In this document: positions 27,280-42,165 of the stretch, one piece after another
Position numbering within the stretch: position 1 is the stretch's first letter
Layout of the letters: every line of letters starts with the position of its first letter
NCBI GenBank assembly: GCA_964016885.1
Contig: OZ024742.1
Coordinates: 196,106,001 to 196,170,000 of the forward strand
Direction: 5' to 3'
Origin: Eledone cirrhosa
Lineage: Eukaryota
DNA: 64,000 nt
Program-made: the position numbers and the translations under genes
Notes under the pieces: generated by a model
Seen by the model: the letters and a program-made list of their open reading frames with translations, nothing else
What the model was told of the DNA's origin: nothing
The model's database searches: none

Positions 27280-30200
27280 TAGGTGTGAAACAACAGTTAC
27301 ATATATGTGTATATCATCATCATTTTACATCTGCTTTCATTGCTGCCATGGGATGGCCGGATCAATCCAGTCTGAGACTAAACAGGTCAGAGAAACACAT
27401 AAAAGTCTTATTTTTAAGAAAATCTTAACAAAGAATAATTTATACAATTTAAAGTTAAGACCCAGTCTGGTCTTCACTGTAAATCAATATATTTATTTAT
27501 TTTCAATTACAGTTTATGTAGAATAACTTCTTCCACACTGCATCATTATATCTCTTCTGTCTATACTTTAATAAGTAAAGGCATGTGGCTTTGTGGTTAG
27601 GGTAATCTGCTTACAATTGTAAGGCCGTGAGTTCAATTCCTAGCAGTGTATTGTGTTCTTCAGCAAGACATTTTATTTCATGTTGCTCCAATCCACATAG
27701 CTGGTAAAAATGAGTTGTAACTGTAATTCAAACACATTCTATGGGGTATGGATGTCTTTGGAATGCTCAGCCACTTGCACATTAATTTCACAAACAGGCT
27801 GTCCATTGATAAGATCCACTGGAACATTCATTGTAACCGATGGAGTAAGCGAAATACTTTAATATCATCTCTGATAGTTTGTTTTTTTTTTCGTGGGAAG
27901 AGGGTCATTTACTTTTTTTTTTTTTTGTTATCTTTATTACTTTTTCCTTTTAGCTACTTTTATTCATTTATTATTATGACTCATACACTGTTCACTTTCC
28001 TGACATTTGTACATTATTCTATGTATGTACTATACATGCAACCTTGAGTTGTAGTGCACCTGAGCACTGTACACAATAATTTCATTATCATTATAAATTC
28101 CACTGAGGTTAGCTTTGCTTTTCATCCTTATGGAGTCGATAAAATAAAGTACTAGTCACGCACTGGGTTCAATTTCATCGGCTTTCCCCTCCCCCAAAAT
28201 TGCTGGCCTTGTGCCTAAATCAGAAACCATTACTATTATTATTATTCATTGAAAGTTCCTTTGAATTCTGCTTCTTTCCCAAATCATGCCGAGTGTCAAC
28301 TTGACACCTGAGGCAAAATTTGGTAATACACACATTTTACAATCAATTGTCACACAAATGATGCCTCAAGGACACAAACAGCAGTAAATGTCTTTACAAA
28401 GTTTTTAAATTGATAATGTCTTTCTCAGGACATGGACAGTGCCAGTCAGCACTATTTTCTATGTTCCTTGCAGAAATGGCTTTCCAGGTATCCAGTCCAA
28501 ATACTTTTCAGTTCCCTTTTTTATCATTCCAAGTGTGCCGACTATCACTGGTACATTTTCTTAATTTCAATTGATAGATCTTTGTACTTACTGAGCTTTC
28601 TGAATTTTGAGATGTTACGATCTGATGGAATGCTCATGTCAATTAAGAAACATGTTTTCTCTTTATGGTCCTTCACAATTATATCAGGTCTGTTGGCTTT
28701 GTTTTGTCAGTATTATTCTTTTTTTTTTCTTTTTTTTTTTTTTTTGTAGTTTCATTTCGGTAAAAAAATGTAAGAAACCTTTGAAATTCATTTACTGTCT
28801 ATGCTTCCCTAACCCTTACCACCACCTCTGTGTTAAAGTGGTTTATTAAACCTTCTGAAGTGATGGTGTTTTATAAAATAACTGTCTGTAATGTAAAACT
28901 GTGTGTATCTGAGTTTTTAGAATAGGTACACCATATCCCTGTGCGTTGTATGGAAAAGCAGGCATAAAAAAATTATGGTGATACATATAATAATTAATAA
29001 AATCCCAACAAATGACGCATGCTTTTTGCTGGCATGCAAGCTATCTGACTTTAGGAAGGGCATTCAGCCGTAGAAACTAAGCCAAAATCAGTTCTGTGTG
29101 ATCAAAACATGGTCCTCTGACCTGATCTCTCACAAAGGGACAACCCACCCTACTCATGCTAGCATGGGAAATAAATGTTAAACGATGATGATGATTATTA
29201 TGATAGCTATCTAACTTTGAACTCCCTGTTCAAACCTAGTTAGCCAGCTTTCAGGCCAGCTGAAATGGAGTGAGCCCTCTATTGTGATTTTATAATTACT
29301 ATAGAAATTCTGTACCTAAACATGCATTGAGTACTACTCTGATCTTTGGTCTTTCCAGTCTCTGTACCACAGACTTTTCATATCATCATCATCATTGTCA
29401 TCTAACATCCACTTTTCCTGCAGGCAAGGGTTGGACAGGTTTACATAGACCAAGTTAGTAGTGAAGCCGGGCTACTGACCTCCCAGGCAGGCAAGTGGGG
29501 GTCAGCATCTCAATATATATATATATATTAAAATGATGATGATGAAAATTATGAAGTGCAGGTCAATAGGTTAGAATTCACTTCATTTATTGATACAACA
29601 AACATAAATTAGCTGAAAAAACACCACACAAAATACTGGTATTTAGAGGACAAACTCCATCATGCTACAGCTGCCTTCAGTATTTGGTTTGTGTCGAGTT
29701 GTAGCTAGCCAACCGTCTTAAAAATAGAAAAGAAAAGCCACATCGGATAATGTAGTCCTAGATATACTGTGTCTGAATAAGATAGTATAGTTTTGGTTGG
29801 TTGGTTTCTACTGAAAACATTCAACTTTGAATATGTAGATTACATTCATGTGTGTTGCAACTGGCAACAACACCAGTGGTGCATGCTGCAGTATGTTGCA
29901 ACTGGCAACACCTGTGATACATGTTGCAATGTATTGAAACCTGCAACATCAATGATGCTTGTTGCAGTGTGTTCGAAAATGCAACATCAATAGTGATTGT
30001 TGCCATGTATTGCCACCTGCAACATTAGCGATGCATGTTGCAGTATGTTGCCATCACCACCACCACTACTGCAACACCATCAACACCATCATTACTGCCA
30101 AACACATGCATGTACAGCTAAGGCTTCTCACACGCACACGGCTAAAGCCACACATATACAAACACACACATACACACACAGATCTGAGGCTGTACACACA

Positions 30201-31134
30201 CACACACACACGGCTATTTCAGCAGTACTAATGTATAAAGAACTGCAACAACTGGCATCACTACTCAATGATGCAAGTTGCAACACACTGCAACTGGCGT
30301 CACTGTGTTGGTGGTGGTGGTGGCTGGATGATTGTGTTAGTAGTATGATGGTAGTAGTGGTGATGTTGGTGATAGTGGTGGTGGTGATGGTAGTATAGTA
30401 GTGGTGGTGATGTTTTTGTAGTAGTATTGGTGGTGGTGGTAGTGGCATTAGCAGTATGGTGATGTTTTTGTAGTAATGTTGGTGATGGTGGTGTTGTAGT
30501 AGTGGTGGTGGTAGTGGCATTAACAGTATGGTGATGGTGTAGTAGTAGTGGTGGTGGTGGTGTTGCTAGCAGTAGTCTGTCTATGTTACCAGCAGATGTG
30601 TATTATCTCATTAGATTCTCAGGTATATCTGATTATTACACAGTTCTGTGTAATGTGTGGATGTTGGTATTGAAGGGGTTAATAATCTGTGTATGTATAT
30701 ATCATCATCATAGTCATTTTTCCATGTTAACATGGATTGGACAGTATGTTTTGGGACTGTTTTACAGCCTGATGCCCATCTTGGTGCCAGCTTCCTTCCT
30801 CAACTCATACGACAAGCAAGGATATGATAACCTCTTCTAAAACCCAGAATACGCTCAATATTCAATTCAATCCAGGGCCTTTTTTTTTTCACTCCTACTA
30901 TCCTACTAGAGGAAACCCTTCTTGATTGACCTTCACCATTTTTTTTTTTATGTCAGGGGTGTATATATATAAAGTTTTAGTTAGTAGGAAAGAAGACAGG
31001 ACACTTATCCCATCAAAGAGGTCACCTTGCCCAATATTTTGAAAAGGGGTAGGTAGAAACTACACAATTTACACAAGAGGTGTAGAGGGATAGCAGGCAG
31101 ATTAACAGAAAAGATAAACTTTGTACATAGCAGA

Positions 31135-31745
31135 TAGGTAGTCTTTATATGAGGTGGCAAGAGCGTCCATAAAATAAGCTGTTTCCAATTCTAGAAAGGA
31201 TCCATAGAAGTAGTTGATAGCTTCGGCTACCTAAGTGATCTGATTGACAATGGAGAAGGTTGCTCTGAGAGCATAGTAGCTGGAATAAGAACAAGATGGA
31301 AAAGGTTCAGGGAGTTACTGCCTCTTCTTACAACAAAAGGTTTCTCTCTACAAACAAAAGGCCAGCTGTATAATGTCTGTGTGATGTTGCATGGTTGTGA
31401 GACATAGGCAATGAATGCAAAGAATATACGATGGGTGGAGGAGAGAAATGAAAATCAGAATGTCTTGGTGAATGATAAAGCTTGAATGTACTGAGAGAAA
31501 AGCTGGGAATAATAGGAATCAGATATAGTGTGCAGGAGTGAAGGCTGTGCTGGTATGGACATGTGATAGATATGGATAATGATTGTTAGGGGAAGAAAGC
31601 TACATTAGAGGGAGACCAAGAAAGACCTGGGTAAAGGTAGTGAGAGCTGATCATAAATCACTGAAGCTTATGGAGAAGATGACTGAGGAACACAAGTGGA
31701 GGGATGTTGTGCTAGAAAAGACTTCTCCAACCTATGGAAACATAA
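31135..31745 (+). mobile_element. Decayed RTE-clade LINE fragment
   Basis: Nucleotide similarity to 32100-32890, with many stops. Confidence 0.7.
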
Positions 31746-32104
31746 AACAATGATATATATATCATGGTGAATTGGCAGTATCGGTAGAGGGTTGGACGCC
31801 ATGTTTTCTAGCATAGTTACGTCCCTTTACAGTCTGAGTTCAAATCCCACCGAGGTTAACTTTGCCTTTCATCCTTACGGGGTCAATAAAATAAAGTAAC
31901 AGTAATGTACTGGGTAATTGCTGGCCTTGAGCCTAAAGTAGAAACAATTATCATTATCATCACTGTTTAATGGCGATTTTCCATGCTAGCATGGGTTAGA
32001 TGAGTTGCCCCGTTGTGAGACAAGCCAAGTTTGATGACCATGACTTGCTCATACAGGACTGGTTTTGGCTTGGTTTATATATATATATATATAAATTCTA
32101 TTTT

Positions 32105-33260
32105 ATAGGTAGTCTTTATATGAGGTGGCAAATGCAAAGTATGGGTACATAAAAGATGTAGTGGGATCACAGGTAAGCTATCTAAGAACGTAGTATTTTA
32201 TATGTGGCCGATACTCAAGTGCAATAAGTATCAAGTGCCCACAGGATACTAGCTCCTTCTGTTGCCCAGATGGTTCTATAGAAATAGTGGACACTTTCCG
32301 TTGCCTGGGTGACGAAATCAGCAGTGGTGGAGAGTGCTCTGAAAGTACAGTAGCCAGTCAGAACGGGATGGAAAAAGTTCAGAGAGCTTATACCGCCGTT
32401 GGCCACAAAAGGTTTCTCTCTAAAATGAAAGGCAGATTGTATGATGCTTGTATACGAACAGCAATGCTACATTGCAATGAGACGTGGGCATTACGTGCAG
32501 AGGACCTGCGCAGACTGGAAAGGAACGAAACATGCCTGCTCCGTTGGATGTGTAATAGTAATATACGCGAACGGCAAAACATAAATGAACTATGTGAGAG
32601 ATTAGGAATAAGAGGGATCAGATGCTGTTTACTTGAGAGAAGACTACGTTGGTATGGTCATGTGATGCGCATGAAAGACGACAGCCGTATAAAAAAGTGC
32701 AGAGCGATCAAAATTGATGGATGTTATGGAGTAGGTAGACCCAGAAAAACCTGGGACAATTTGATAAATTCCGACCTTACACACTTGCACTTCCCTAAGA
32801 CAATGTCACTGGACCGAGATCTTTGGCCCTACGCAGTAATACAGAAGACCCACCTTGCCTATGTACAAAGCGAAACCTACAGTCAGTAGGCACCTCTTAA
32901 CCAAATATACACCCCAACCCACTACCCCTACTCCATCCTCCTACAACACCACCCTTTCTCTGTAAAGTTATGTTGGTACCACAACATCCAGTCCAAACTA
33001 AGGAGGTCGTGTAGGTGTCACGACAACAAAACACAGTCTACGCTGTAATGTGACCGTATAGGTAACACGGTAAAAAGCTCCCAGTCCAAACAGTAAATGT
33101 GGTTGGTGTTAGAATGGCCATCCAGTTGTAGAAAACCTGCCAGATAGTCCTGTACGAGTGAGACACAGTCACCCGACCAGTCTTGCCTCAAGTAGGACAA
33201 TTCCCGTCTAACCCATGCTAACGTGGAAGATGGACATTAAGTGGTGATGATGATGATGAT
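32105..33260 (+). mobile_element. RTE-clade LINE 3' fragment with 3' UTR and (ATG)n tail
   Basis: ORF 32287-32889 KGRLYDACIRTAMLHCNETW...RRLRWYGHVMRM...GRPRKTW is the typical RTE ORF C-terminus. Confidence 0.88.
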
Positions 33261-33677
33261 ATACATAGAAATAAAAGGAAAGCAGAAACAAGGGACAGGT
33301 CCCCTCTTCAGTTGTCTGCTGGGGGTCTCGGACATTTCAACACATTAAAGACAATATGTCTATCCCCAGTGTGTCAATAACTTTTGTAATTTATTGGGGA
33401 AGGAAAAAGGAGAGAGAAAAAATAAATTAAACAGAAGGGGAAAAAAAGAGAACAAAGGCACAGAAAACATACTAATAAGGGGTGGGGGGACACGAGGAGA
33501 AGCACATGTATGTAAGTAACCGGGAGAGAGAGAGAAAGAGAAGTCAATTCGGCGGTTGGACATAAGTCCGAGGCCTTATTAACATCAAGACAGGGAAAGC
33601 GAAGGAAAACCAAGTCTAACCTTGGTGGGAGTAAGCGAAAAGAGGCAGAGACAAGAGAAAACGGAAGTGGTGCAGCA

Positions 33678-33728
<51 letters not shown>

Positions 33729-33789
33729 GTAGTTAGTGTAGATATTGAATTTGAAGGGGATTATTATGACAGTGGTGATTCACAGTCAC

Positions 33790-33972
33790 TGGTGAATTGG
33801 CAGTATCGGTAGAGGGTCGGACGCCATGCTTTGCAGCATAGTTACGTCGCTTTATGGTCTGTGTTCTAATCCCGTCGAGGTTAACTTTGCCTTTCATCCT
33901 TACGGGGGTCGATAAAATAAAGTACCAGTAATGTACTGGGTAATTGCTGGCCTTCTGCCAAAAGTAGAAACA
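33790..33972 (+). mobile_element. SINE of the second family, near full length
   Basis: Multi-copy in the window; TGGCAGTATCGGTAGAG head and B-box-like GTTC(A/T)AATCC. Confidence 0.8.
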
Positions 33973-34035
33973 ACTATATAATAAACTGGTTAAGAAGTGC
34001 AGCTCATAATCATGAGATTTTGGATTCGATATGTA

Positions 34036-34140
34036 TACAGGGTGTCCCCAAAAAATGTATACACACTTTAACAGCATTCTAATAAATATTGCCTGTACAG
34101 GTAATCAAAGTGTGTGTATATTTTGGGGGGACACCCTATC
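34036..34140. mobile_element. Tc1/mariner-type MITE
   Basis: TA-CAGGGTGTCCCC...GGGGACACCCT terminal inverted repeats extending about 30 bp. Confidence 0.65.
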
Positions 34141-34264
34141 TATATATATCACTATATGCACACATAATTTATCCATATATATAAATGATGTTGATATACA
34201 CATACACAATGTATATATACACACACATAATCATCATCACCACTATCAATAAATGCTAATGTGC

Positions 34265-34295
<31 letters not shown>

Positions 34296-36480
34296 CATTT
34301 GTGACATTAGCTGTAGACTATAGAATCTCACCTTATAGGCACCACAGACATAACTGTCTTGTTACTACCTCACATTCTCCTCCTCTCTCCCCTCATCTCT
34401 CTCTTCCTCATCTCTCTCTCTCTTCCCCCCTCTCTCCCATCGTTTCTCTCTCCTCATTTCATTATTCCTCTTTCACTCTCTTTCTCTCCCCCTCAGATAA
34501 GTCACATGTGGTTTTTCACTGCTGATTACTTTAGTAAAAAAAACTCACTTATCTATGAGTATGTGGTGTTTTTTTCTTTTATTCTTTACTAGATCAGGCA
34601 TTAGACTGCGACCATGCTGGGGCACCTCACTCTTTTTATTGGTTTTAGATCCTTTCAGACATTAGACTGAGGCCATGCTGGGGCATTACGCTTTTTTACC
34701 AGTGCAAGACATTTGACTGCGGCCATGTTGGGGCAGCACACTCTTTTACTGGTGTCAGACATTAGACTGACCCATGCTAAGGCAGCACCTTGATTTAGTT
34801 GATCATATCAATCCTATTGCTTTTTTTTCAAGTCTGGTACTTATTTTATCATTTGCTTTTTTGTCAAACCACTAAATTATGGGACACACAAATACACACA
34901 CACATATATATGCTATTAGAGGAGCCCGTCTTTGCTGCATAATTTTCAGTATAGAATGCCTTTCTTTCAATTCTTATTATTCCATCTCTCCCCTCATCCC
35001 CCATTACTTTTTCCCCATAGTCCATCCCTGTGAATCATCAGTTGTCCCTAAGGTGGTTTCTATGGAAATATACTCAGTGGAGCTGTATGTTGAAGTGGTA
35101 TCAGTGTCTTGCTGTGTACTTTAGCATCACCCTCTTCATGTAAATATCACATCGAGTGAACTCTGTGAGGACAACTCTTTGTCTCATAGAAAAAAAACCA
35201 GTGCCCCCTCCTGACGGCATGGATGAAAAGAATAATAATGTCACGTTGAAGAATACATGAAACAATCAATAAACACCAGACTACTTCAATTGTCACAGTA
35301 ACAGTGGTTGATAGTATTACTATTTTCTTTTTTTTCTTTCTGTTTCTTTTATTCTTATCGGAATTAAGAAACTCCATATGCTCAAAAACCTTCCCACTGG
35401 GACACATACTTCAAAAATCAAAAATCTGTTTTTCTCTAGGACACCATTTCAGAGCCTCTTGGTGGCACACTCATAAGCCAATGGTTAGCTAAAAGTTATA
35501 TTAGAAGACACTTTCATTCAACATGAGATACAGGGCCCCTGATCTATGTGGTCATTGACTCCAATGAAGTATTGACTTGATTCAACCCTTGCTAGGAGGA
35601 CAGTCATTAAATGATGATAGTGATGATGTTGTCTGTCTGTGTGTGTAAAAATGTAAACATTCACTAGATGTGGCTTTGCCACAACAAAACTTTTTTTCCT
35701 GTATCTATTCTTTTTCAATTTTCTGAAGAAGGACTTGGCCTGAAATCTACAGTTAAGCTTTTACCATAGAGCAGAAAATCTTTGTAATATTTATACTTTT
35801 TGTAAGTGTAGAGTACTAAGTTGAATGATGGTCCTACCAGTTTTATCCAGTAACATTCCACTTTACATACATACATACACACACACACCATCATCATCAT
35901 CAGCACCATCATCATCACCACCATCATCAACATCACCACCATCATCATCATCATCATCACCACCATCATCATCATCACCACCATCATCACCACCATCATC
36001 ATCATCATCATCACCATCAACAACACCCACCCATCCACTTTCCCTTCTAGCAAGGGCTGGACATGTCTATATAAACCAAGTCAGAACTGAAGTGGGGCTA
36101 CTGACCTCACAGACAGTTCGACGGGTCTGTATCTTGCTTACACACGATCATATCGAGTACAAAGGAGAAATTATGTCTTTTGACACAAACTGAAGGGTCC
36201 TCCTAACTCCTATAACATATCACCATCATATTATATCTGCTTTCTATGCTGGCATGGGTTAGACGAGTCACTACAGCCTAAGACTAGCCAGGTTTGAGAA
36301 CCATATTTTACTCATACATTCCATATTTTGGTATGATTTCTACAGCTGGATGCCCTTCATCAAACCAACTACTTTTCAGAATGTACTGGGTAAGTGCATT
36401 TTATCATGGCACCAGCACTAGGGAGGTTGTCATAATTGACAGGGCCAAAGGGTCCTCTTTACCTTTTGTTGTCTCGGTCT

Positions 36481-37520
36481 GTTCCTTACCACCAATATTA
36501 GAGAGGTTGTCACATCCACTATAGGCTAAAAGGAAGCTCTCCACTGTTCCTTACCACCAATATTAGAGAGGTTGTCACATCCACTATAGGCTAAAAGGAA
36601 GCTCTCCACTGTTCCTTACCACCAATATTAGAGAGGTTGTCACATCCACTACAGGCTAAAAGGAAGCTCTCCACTGTTCCTTACCACCAATATTAGAGAG
36701 GTTGTCACATCCACTATAGGCTAAAAGGAAGCTCTCCACTGTTCCTTACCACCAATATTAGAGAGGTTGTCACATCCACTACAGGCTAAAAGGAAGCTCT
36801 CCACTGTTCCTTACCACCAATATTAGAGAGGTTGTCACATCCACTACAGGCTAAAAGGAAGCTCTCCACTGTTCCTTACCACCAATATTAGAGAGGTTGT
36901 CACATCCACTATAGGCTAAAAGGAAGCTCTCCACTGTTCCTTACCACCAATATTAGAGAGGTTGTCACATCCACTATAGGCTAAAAGGAAGCTCTCCACT
37001 GTTCCTTACCACCAATATTAGAGAGGTTGTCACATCCACTACAGGCTAAAAGGAAGCTCTCCACTGTTCCTTACCACCAATATTAGAGAGGTTGTCACAT
37101 CCACTACAGGCTAAAAGGAAGCTCTCCACTGTTCCTTACCACCAATATTAGAGAGGTTGTCACATCCACTATAGGCTAAAAGGAAGCTCTCCACTGTTCC
37201 TTACCACCAATATTAGAGAGGTTGTCACATCCACTATAGGCTAAAAGGAAGCTCTCCACTGTTCCTTACCACCAATATTAGAGAGGTTGTCACATCCACT
37301 ATAGGCTAAAAGGAAGCTCTCCACTGTTCCTTACCACCAATATTAGAGAGGTTGTCACATCCACTACAGGCTAAAAGGAAGCTCTCCACTGTTCCTTACC
37401 ACCAATATTAGAGAGGTTGTCACATCCACTATAGGCTAAAAGGAAGCTCTCCACTGTTCCTTACCACCAATATTAGAGAGGTTGTCATGCCCACTATAGG
37501 TTAAAAGGAAACTCTCCACT
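36481..37520. repeat. 65-bp minisatellite, about 16 near-identical copies
   Basis: Unit starts at 36481, 36546, 36611 and onward; one T/C variant site. Confidence 0.96.
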
Positions 37521-37608
37521 GTAGGTATTCTCTGATCTCTTGCCATATTTACTTACATTTAGTGCTACACTGCTTGTACTGGTGGGTAGCTCTTTTTTAT
37601 GGCAAATC

Positions 37609-37681
<73 letters not shown>

Positions 37682-39097
37682 CCCCACACCAAGGTTTTCT
37701 ATGCATTCAGACCCACTGGTGTATTTCCATCTGCCATCTGTGTCACTTGCTATTATAGGTGGTTAAACATGTCTCCCTCTCCTCCTGCTGTTGTGTGTGT
37801 GGGGGGGGGGGGGCTGACAGAATTGAGACAGACAGGGGTAGAAAGAGAAAGAGAGTGACATGCAGAGACAAAAAAAAATAGAAAGGGAGAAAGTCAAAGG
37901 GAGGGGGGGGGGGCATTAGTAATTGTGAAACTAATTTGAATGTAATTATTGTTTTAATGGTTTCACTAACAATAAAAATTAAACAGATTGTTACAATAAT
38001 GTTTTTTTGTGACGTTTTGTAATGTTTGCTTTGTGCAATTAAATCTGCAGTAAATTTCTGCTGGTTTCTCTTCACACAATCTGTTGAGGAACAGAGAAAA
38101 TAAAGCAATTACTGTGTGGAAGAGTCGTTTTAACCATTTTAAAAATGCACACAAAACCTGATAACTTTTACTTCATATATACCATATATTTACTGGCATA
38201 AAAATTGTCATTGCTCTGATTGCAACCTGGTCAGTGATACAGTTCCACTGCAACAGACTTAAAATTTAGTATTCTAAGGTCTGAATTATTAGGGGGAGTT
38301 GGAATATGTAAGAGGGGGTTGGAAAATCAGTAATTTTTCCATATTGTTTCTGTTGATTTTTTATTAATAACCCGAATTAGTCGTTTAGTTTATATATTGA
38401 AGCCCGAACCCATCCTATTTATTTTATAATGTATGGGATTTCTAGTAATATTTTATTTTCGTTATGTATGTTTTTTTAATGTATAAAGAAAATTGTCACA
38501 GAAATGTTACCAATTAAAATAAAATTTCACCAGAGATAGATTAGCAAAATTTAATTTAATTTTGTTGGTGTCAATCTAGTTGTCAGCACATATATGTGTG
38601 CTCTCGGGTCGCAAATAATCGTCTGTCCTCCACCTCCTGCTTATTAACTTTTCAGATATTTTCATCCCCCACTCCCCGCTTATTAAATTTTGCTGATCTA
38701 TCTCCAGTGAAATTTTATTTTAAGTGGTAGCATTCCTGTAACAATTAATTTTCTTTATACATTAAAAAACATTTTACATGACTAAAAAATTACATTTTTA
38801 GAAATCCCATACATTATAAAATGGAGTCTCAATATGTAAATTAAATGACTAATTTGGGTTTTTAAAAAAATCAATGGAGATAACCTAGATAAATTACCAT
38901 TCTCATCCCCATCAGTTATTCCACCCTCCCAACTATTTAGGACCCGAGTATATGCGCTTGTGTGTATATGTATATACACATACACCTAGAGAAGATATAT
39001 ATTTGTTTCTTATAGAAATGACTTCTACAGGATTAGAACTGTTTCATTTGTTTAAAATCATCACGACATTCCAGATGGTCAGTTCTATAAGACACAC

Positions 39098-39149
<52 letters not shown>

Positions 39150-39250
39150 ATACAAGGACGATTTTAAGCCTTCATTATGTTTGTTGATTGGTGATGCGCA
39201 TTTCGCTATTGATCAGCTCAAGGTTCGATCTGGCCCGTATAGATATATAT

Positions 39251-39569
39251 GGCTTAGTGGTTAGAGCATTGGCCTTGCAATCGAAAGGTTGTGAGTTCAA
39301 TTCTCAGACCAGGTGATGTGTTGTTTCCTTGAGCAAGACACTTTATTTCACATTGCTCCAGTTTACTCAGCTATAGAAATGAGATGATAGGGACTGGGAT
39401 CCCTATCATTCCACTGCAAAGTGATCGTGGATGTGCCACGGCAAAAAACCACCCAGCACTCACTGTAAATGAGGTTGGTGTTAGGAAGAGCATCCAGCTG
39501 TAGAAATCGAGCCAGAATCAGTTCCCGTCCCACCCTTGCAAGCAGGAAAAAGCGGACGTAAAATGATGA

Positions 39570-39572
<3 letters not shown>
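39251..39572 (+). mobile_element. tRNA-derived SINE with RTE-type (ATG)n tail
   Basis: A box TAGTGGTTAGA, B box GTTCAATTC; full copies also at 22295 (-) and 60564 (+). Confidence 0.85.
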
Positions 39573-39606
<34 letters not shown>

Positions 39607-39662
39607 ATGAAGCCGAATCTGTAGCTTTTTGAAGCGCTGAGAATATATGTACTTATATAAGA

Positions 39663-39888
39663 ATAAAGAAAGTCCTCAAGCACAGAAATGCTATAAAGAT
39701 AGCTTATAACATAAGGTGAAGACCCTTAAAAGATGGAAAAAGAAGTTGCCAACAACCACTATGAGGAAGATATGGGGTTGAAATCCTTATAGCGGCCGAT
39801 GGCAATTCTTTTTCCATCTTTTAAGGGTCTTCACCCTATGTTATAAGCTATCTTTATAGCATTTCTGAGCCTGAGGACTTTTCTTTAT
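39663..39888. repeat. Long inverted repeat (arms about 105 bp, loop about 16 nt)
   Basis: AAAGTCCTCA...AGAAATGCTATAAAGATAGCTTATAACATA pairs with TATGTTATAAGCTATCTTTATAGCATTTCT...TGAGGACTTT. Confidence 0.9.
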
Positions 39889-40652
39889 ATTTATATATGT
39901 GTGTCTATGGTGGCTTATTTTTTTAATGTCAATATAATGTGTGAAGGCATGTGGCTCAGTGGTTAGGGTGTTCGGATCACAATCATCAGGTTGTGAGTTT
40001 GATTTTGGCAATGTGTTGGGTTTTTTTTTTTTAACATGACACTTTATTTCATGTTGCTCTGGTCCACTCAGCTAGCAAAAATGAGTTGTACCCACAATCC
40101 AAAGGGCCAGCTTTGTCATACACTGATACTTCCTAAGAACAATGGAGTTCTCTTCATACCATGTTTTTTTTGTTTTTGTTTTTTTTTTGCATGCTTTGAA
40201 CCCTTTCATGGCTGTATTCTAATGAGATACGCTATATTTCAATTAATTAATAGGCAATTTTAAGGAATTTATCAAAATTATTATTTGATTACTAAGATAA
40301 AATTATGTTGGAAGGTGTTAATTTAAATAGGGACCCTTTAAAAGGGGTGTTTTTGTCTCAGAATCAGAGCTGGTTTGTGACGGCTTGGTATCAAAAGGGT
40401 TAAATGGGAACTCTTTAAAATGGGTGGTTTTATTGCATAGAACTAGAGGTGGTTTGGGCTATGTTGGTATCTAAAGGGTTCAATAGGAACCATTTTAAAT
40501 GGTTACTTTTGTTGCATAAAACCAGAGCTGGTTTTCACTAGGTTGGTATCAAAATAGTTAAATAGGACCACTTTAAAATAGGTGGTTTTGTTGCATTGAA
40601 CCAGGGCTAGTTTTGGTTGGGTTGGTATCAAAAGAGTTTATATTTATTTTGA

Positions 40653-40994
<342 letters not shown>

Positions 40995-41709
40995 TAGTGG
41001 TGGTAATGGAGATGGTGTTAGTGGTGGTGGTATTGGTGGTGGTGATTGTTGTGTTGTTGATGGTGGTGGTAGTATTGGTGATGGAGACGATGTTAATGGT
41101 GGTGGTGTTGGTTGTGTCAGTGGTGATATTGGTGATGAAGGTGATGTTAGTGGGGCTGGTGTTGTTGGTGGTAGTGTTAGTGGTGGTTGTGTTGCTTTTT
41201 ATGGTGTTGGTGTTATTGGTGATGGAGGTGGTGGTACCAGTAGTGGTGTTGGTAGAGATGGTGGTGTTATTTGTATGTAGTTGTGTGTGTGTGTGGTTGT
41301 AGGCATGTCTATGCATGTGTGTATAGTGGTGTGTCTGTGGTAATGTATGTATGGTTGTGTGTACGTACATGTGTGTGTTTATGCGTGGGTGGATGTGTGC
41401 GTCTGTCATTTCTACATATGGCTGTGTATATCTATGTGTGGTTGTGTATGTCTAGGTTTGGTTGTGTGTGTTGTTATAATTCTGTGTGTGTTTGTCATTG
41501 TAGTTGTGTGTATATGTGTGTGTAATAAGTGTAAGCTGTCAGTAAAGTCTGATTTATGTATGCGTTTGTGTGTAAGTATATATATTTTGAATCTGTTATC
41601 ACATATATATAAATCAAGCTATACACCTACACAGACATTTTATATAACATGAATATATGTGTATATGTATATATATATATATATATATGTGTGTGTCTAT
41701 ATATGTGTG

Positions 41710-41740
<31 letters not shown>

Positions 41741-41748
41741 ATATATTT

Positions 41749-42165
41749 CTAGGGCGGGTAAAATTCCCGAGATCCATGGACGAGTTCTCTCCAGCGGTCT
41801 CTGTCCCTCATTATCGCTGCCATGTCCTGCGTCTCCAACAGACCAGTGTCTGTCCTTAGAGCATCAGCATACGTTAACCTTGGCCTTCCTCTTCCAGTGT
41901 GTCCATGTAGGGTCCTCCACAGGAGCACTGAGTGCAATGTCAACTCTGGATGTTGGTGAGCATGTCCAGCTAACCTCAGTCTCCTCTGTGTCACTTTTGA
42001 GCTGACTTTTGGGAGGCTCCCGTACAGCTCTGAGTTTTTCATCCTCAGTGTATACTGATTAATGTTCAGAGCCATCCTCAGCATTCTCGTGTAGCACCCG
42101 TCCACCATCTCAGTGAGTTTCTTGGTCAGTGTCCAGCAGCACAGACTCCACTACAGCAATGACGA
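41749..42165 (-). mobile_element. RTE-like LINE 3' fragment (different family)
   Basis: DGCYTRMLRMALNI...RRLRLAGH...GRPRLTY...DRDRWR. Confidence 0.8.

Noticed and set aside
36481-37520. CRISPR-like regular repeats (also 18285 and 46678)
   Set aside because: No unique spacers, no cas genes, eukaryotic intron; I saw no hammerhead core in these units.
39251-39325. tRNA-like sequence (also at 60564 and 22530-22606)
   Set aside because: SINE head: no complete cloverleaf, and it continues into a repeat body.
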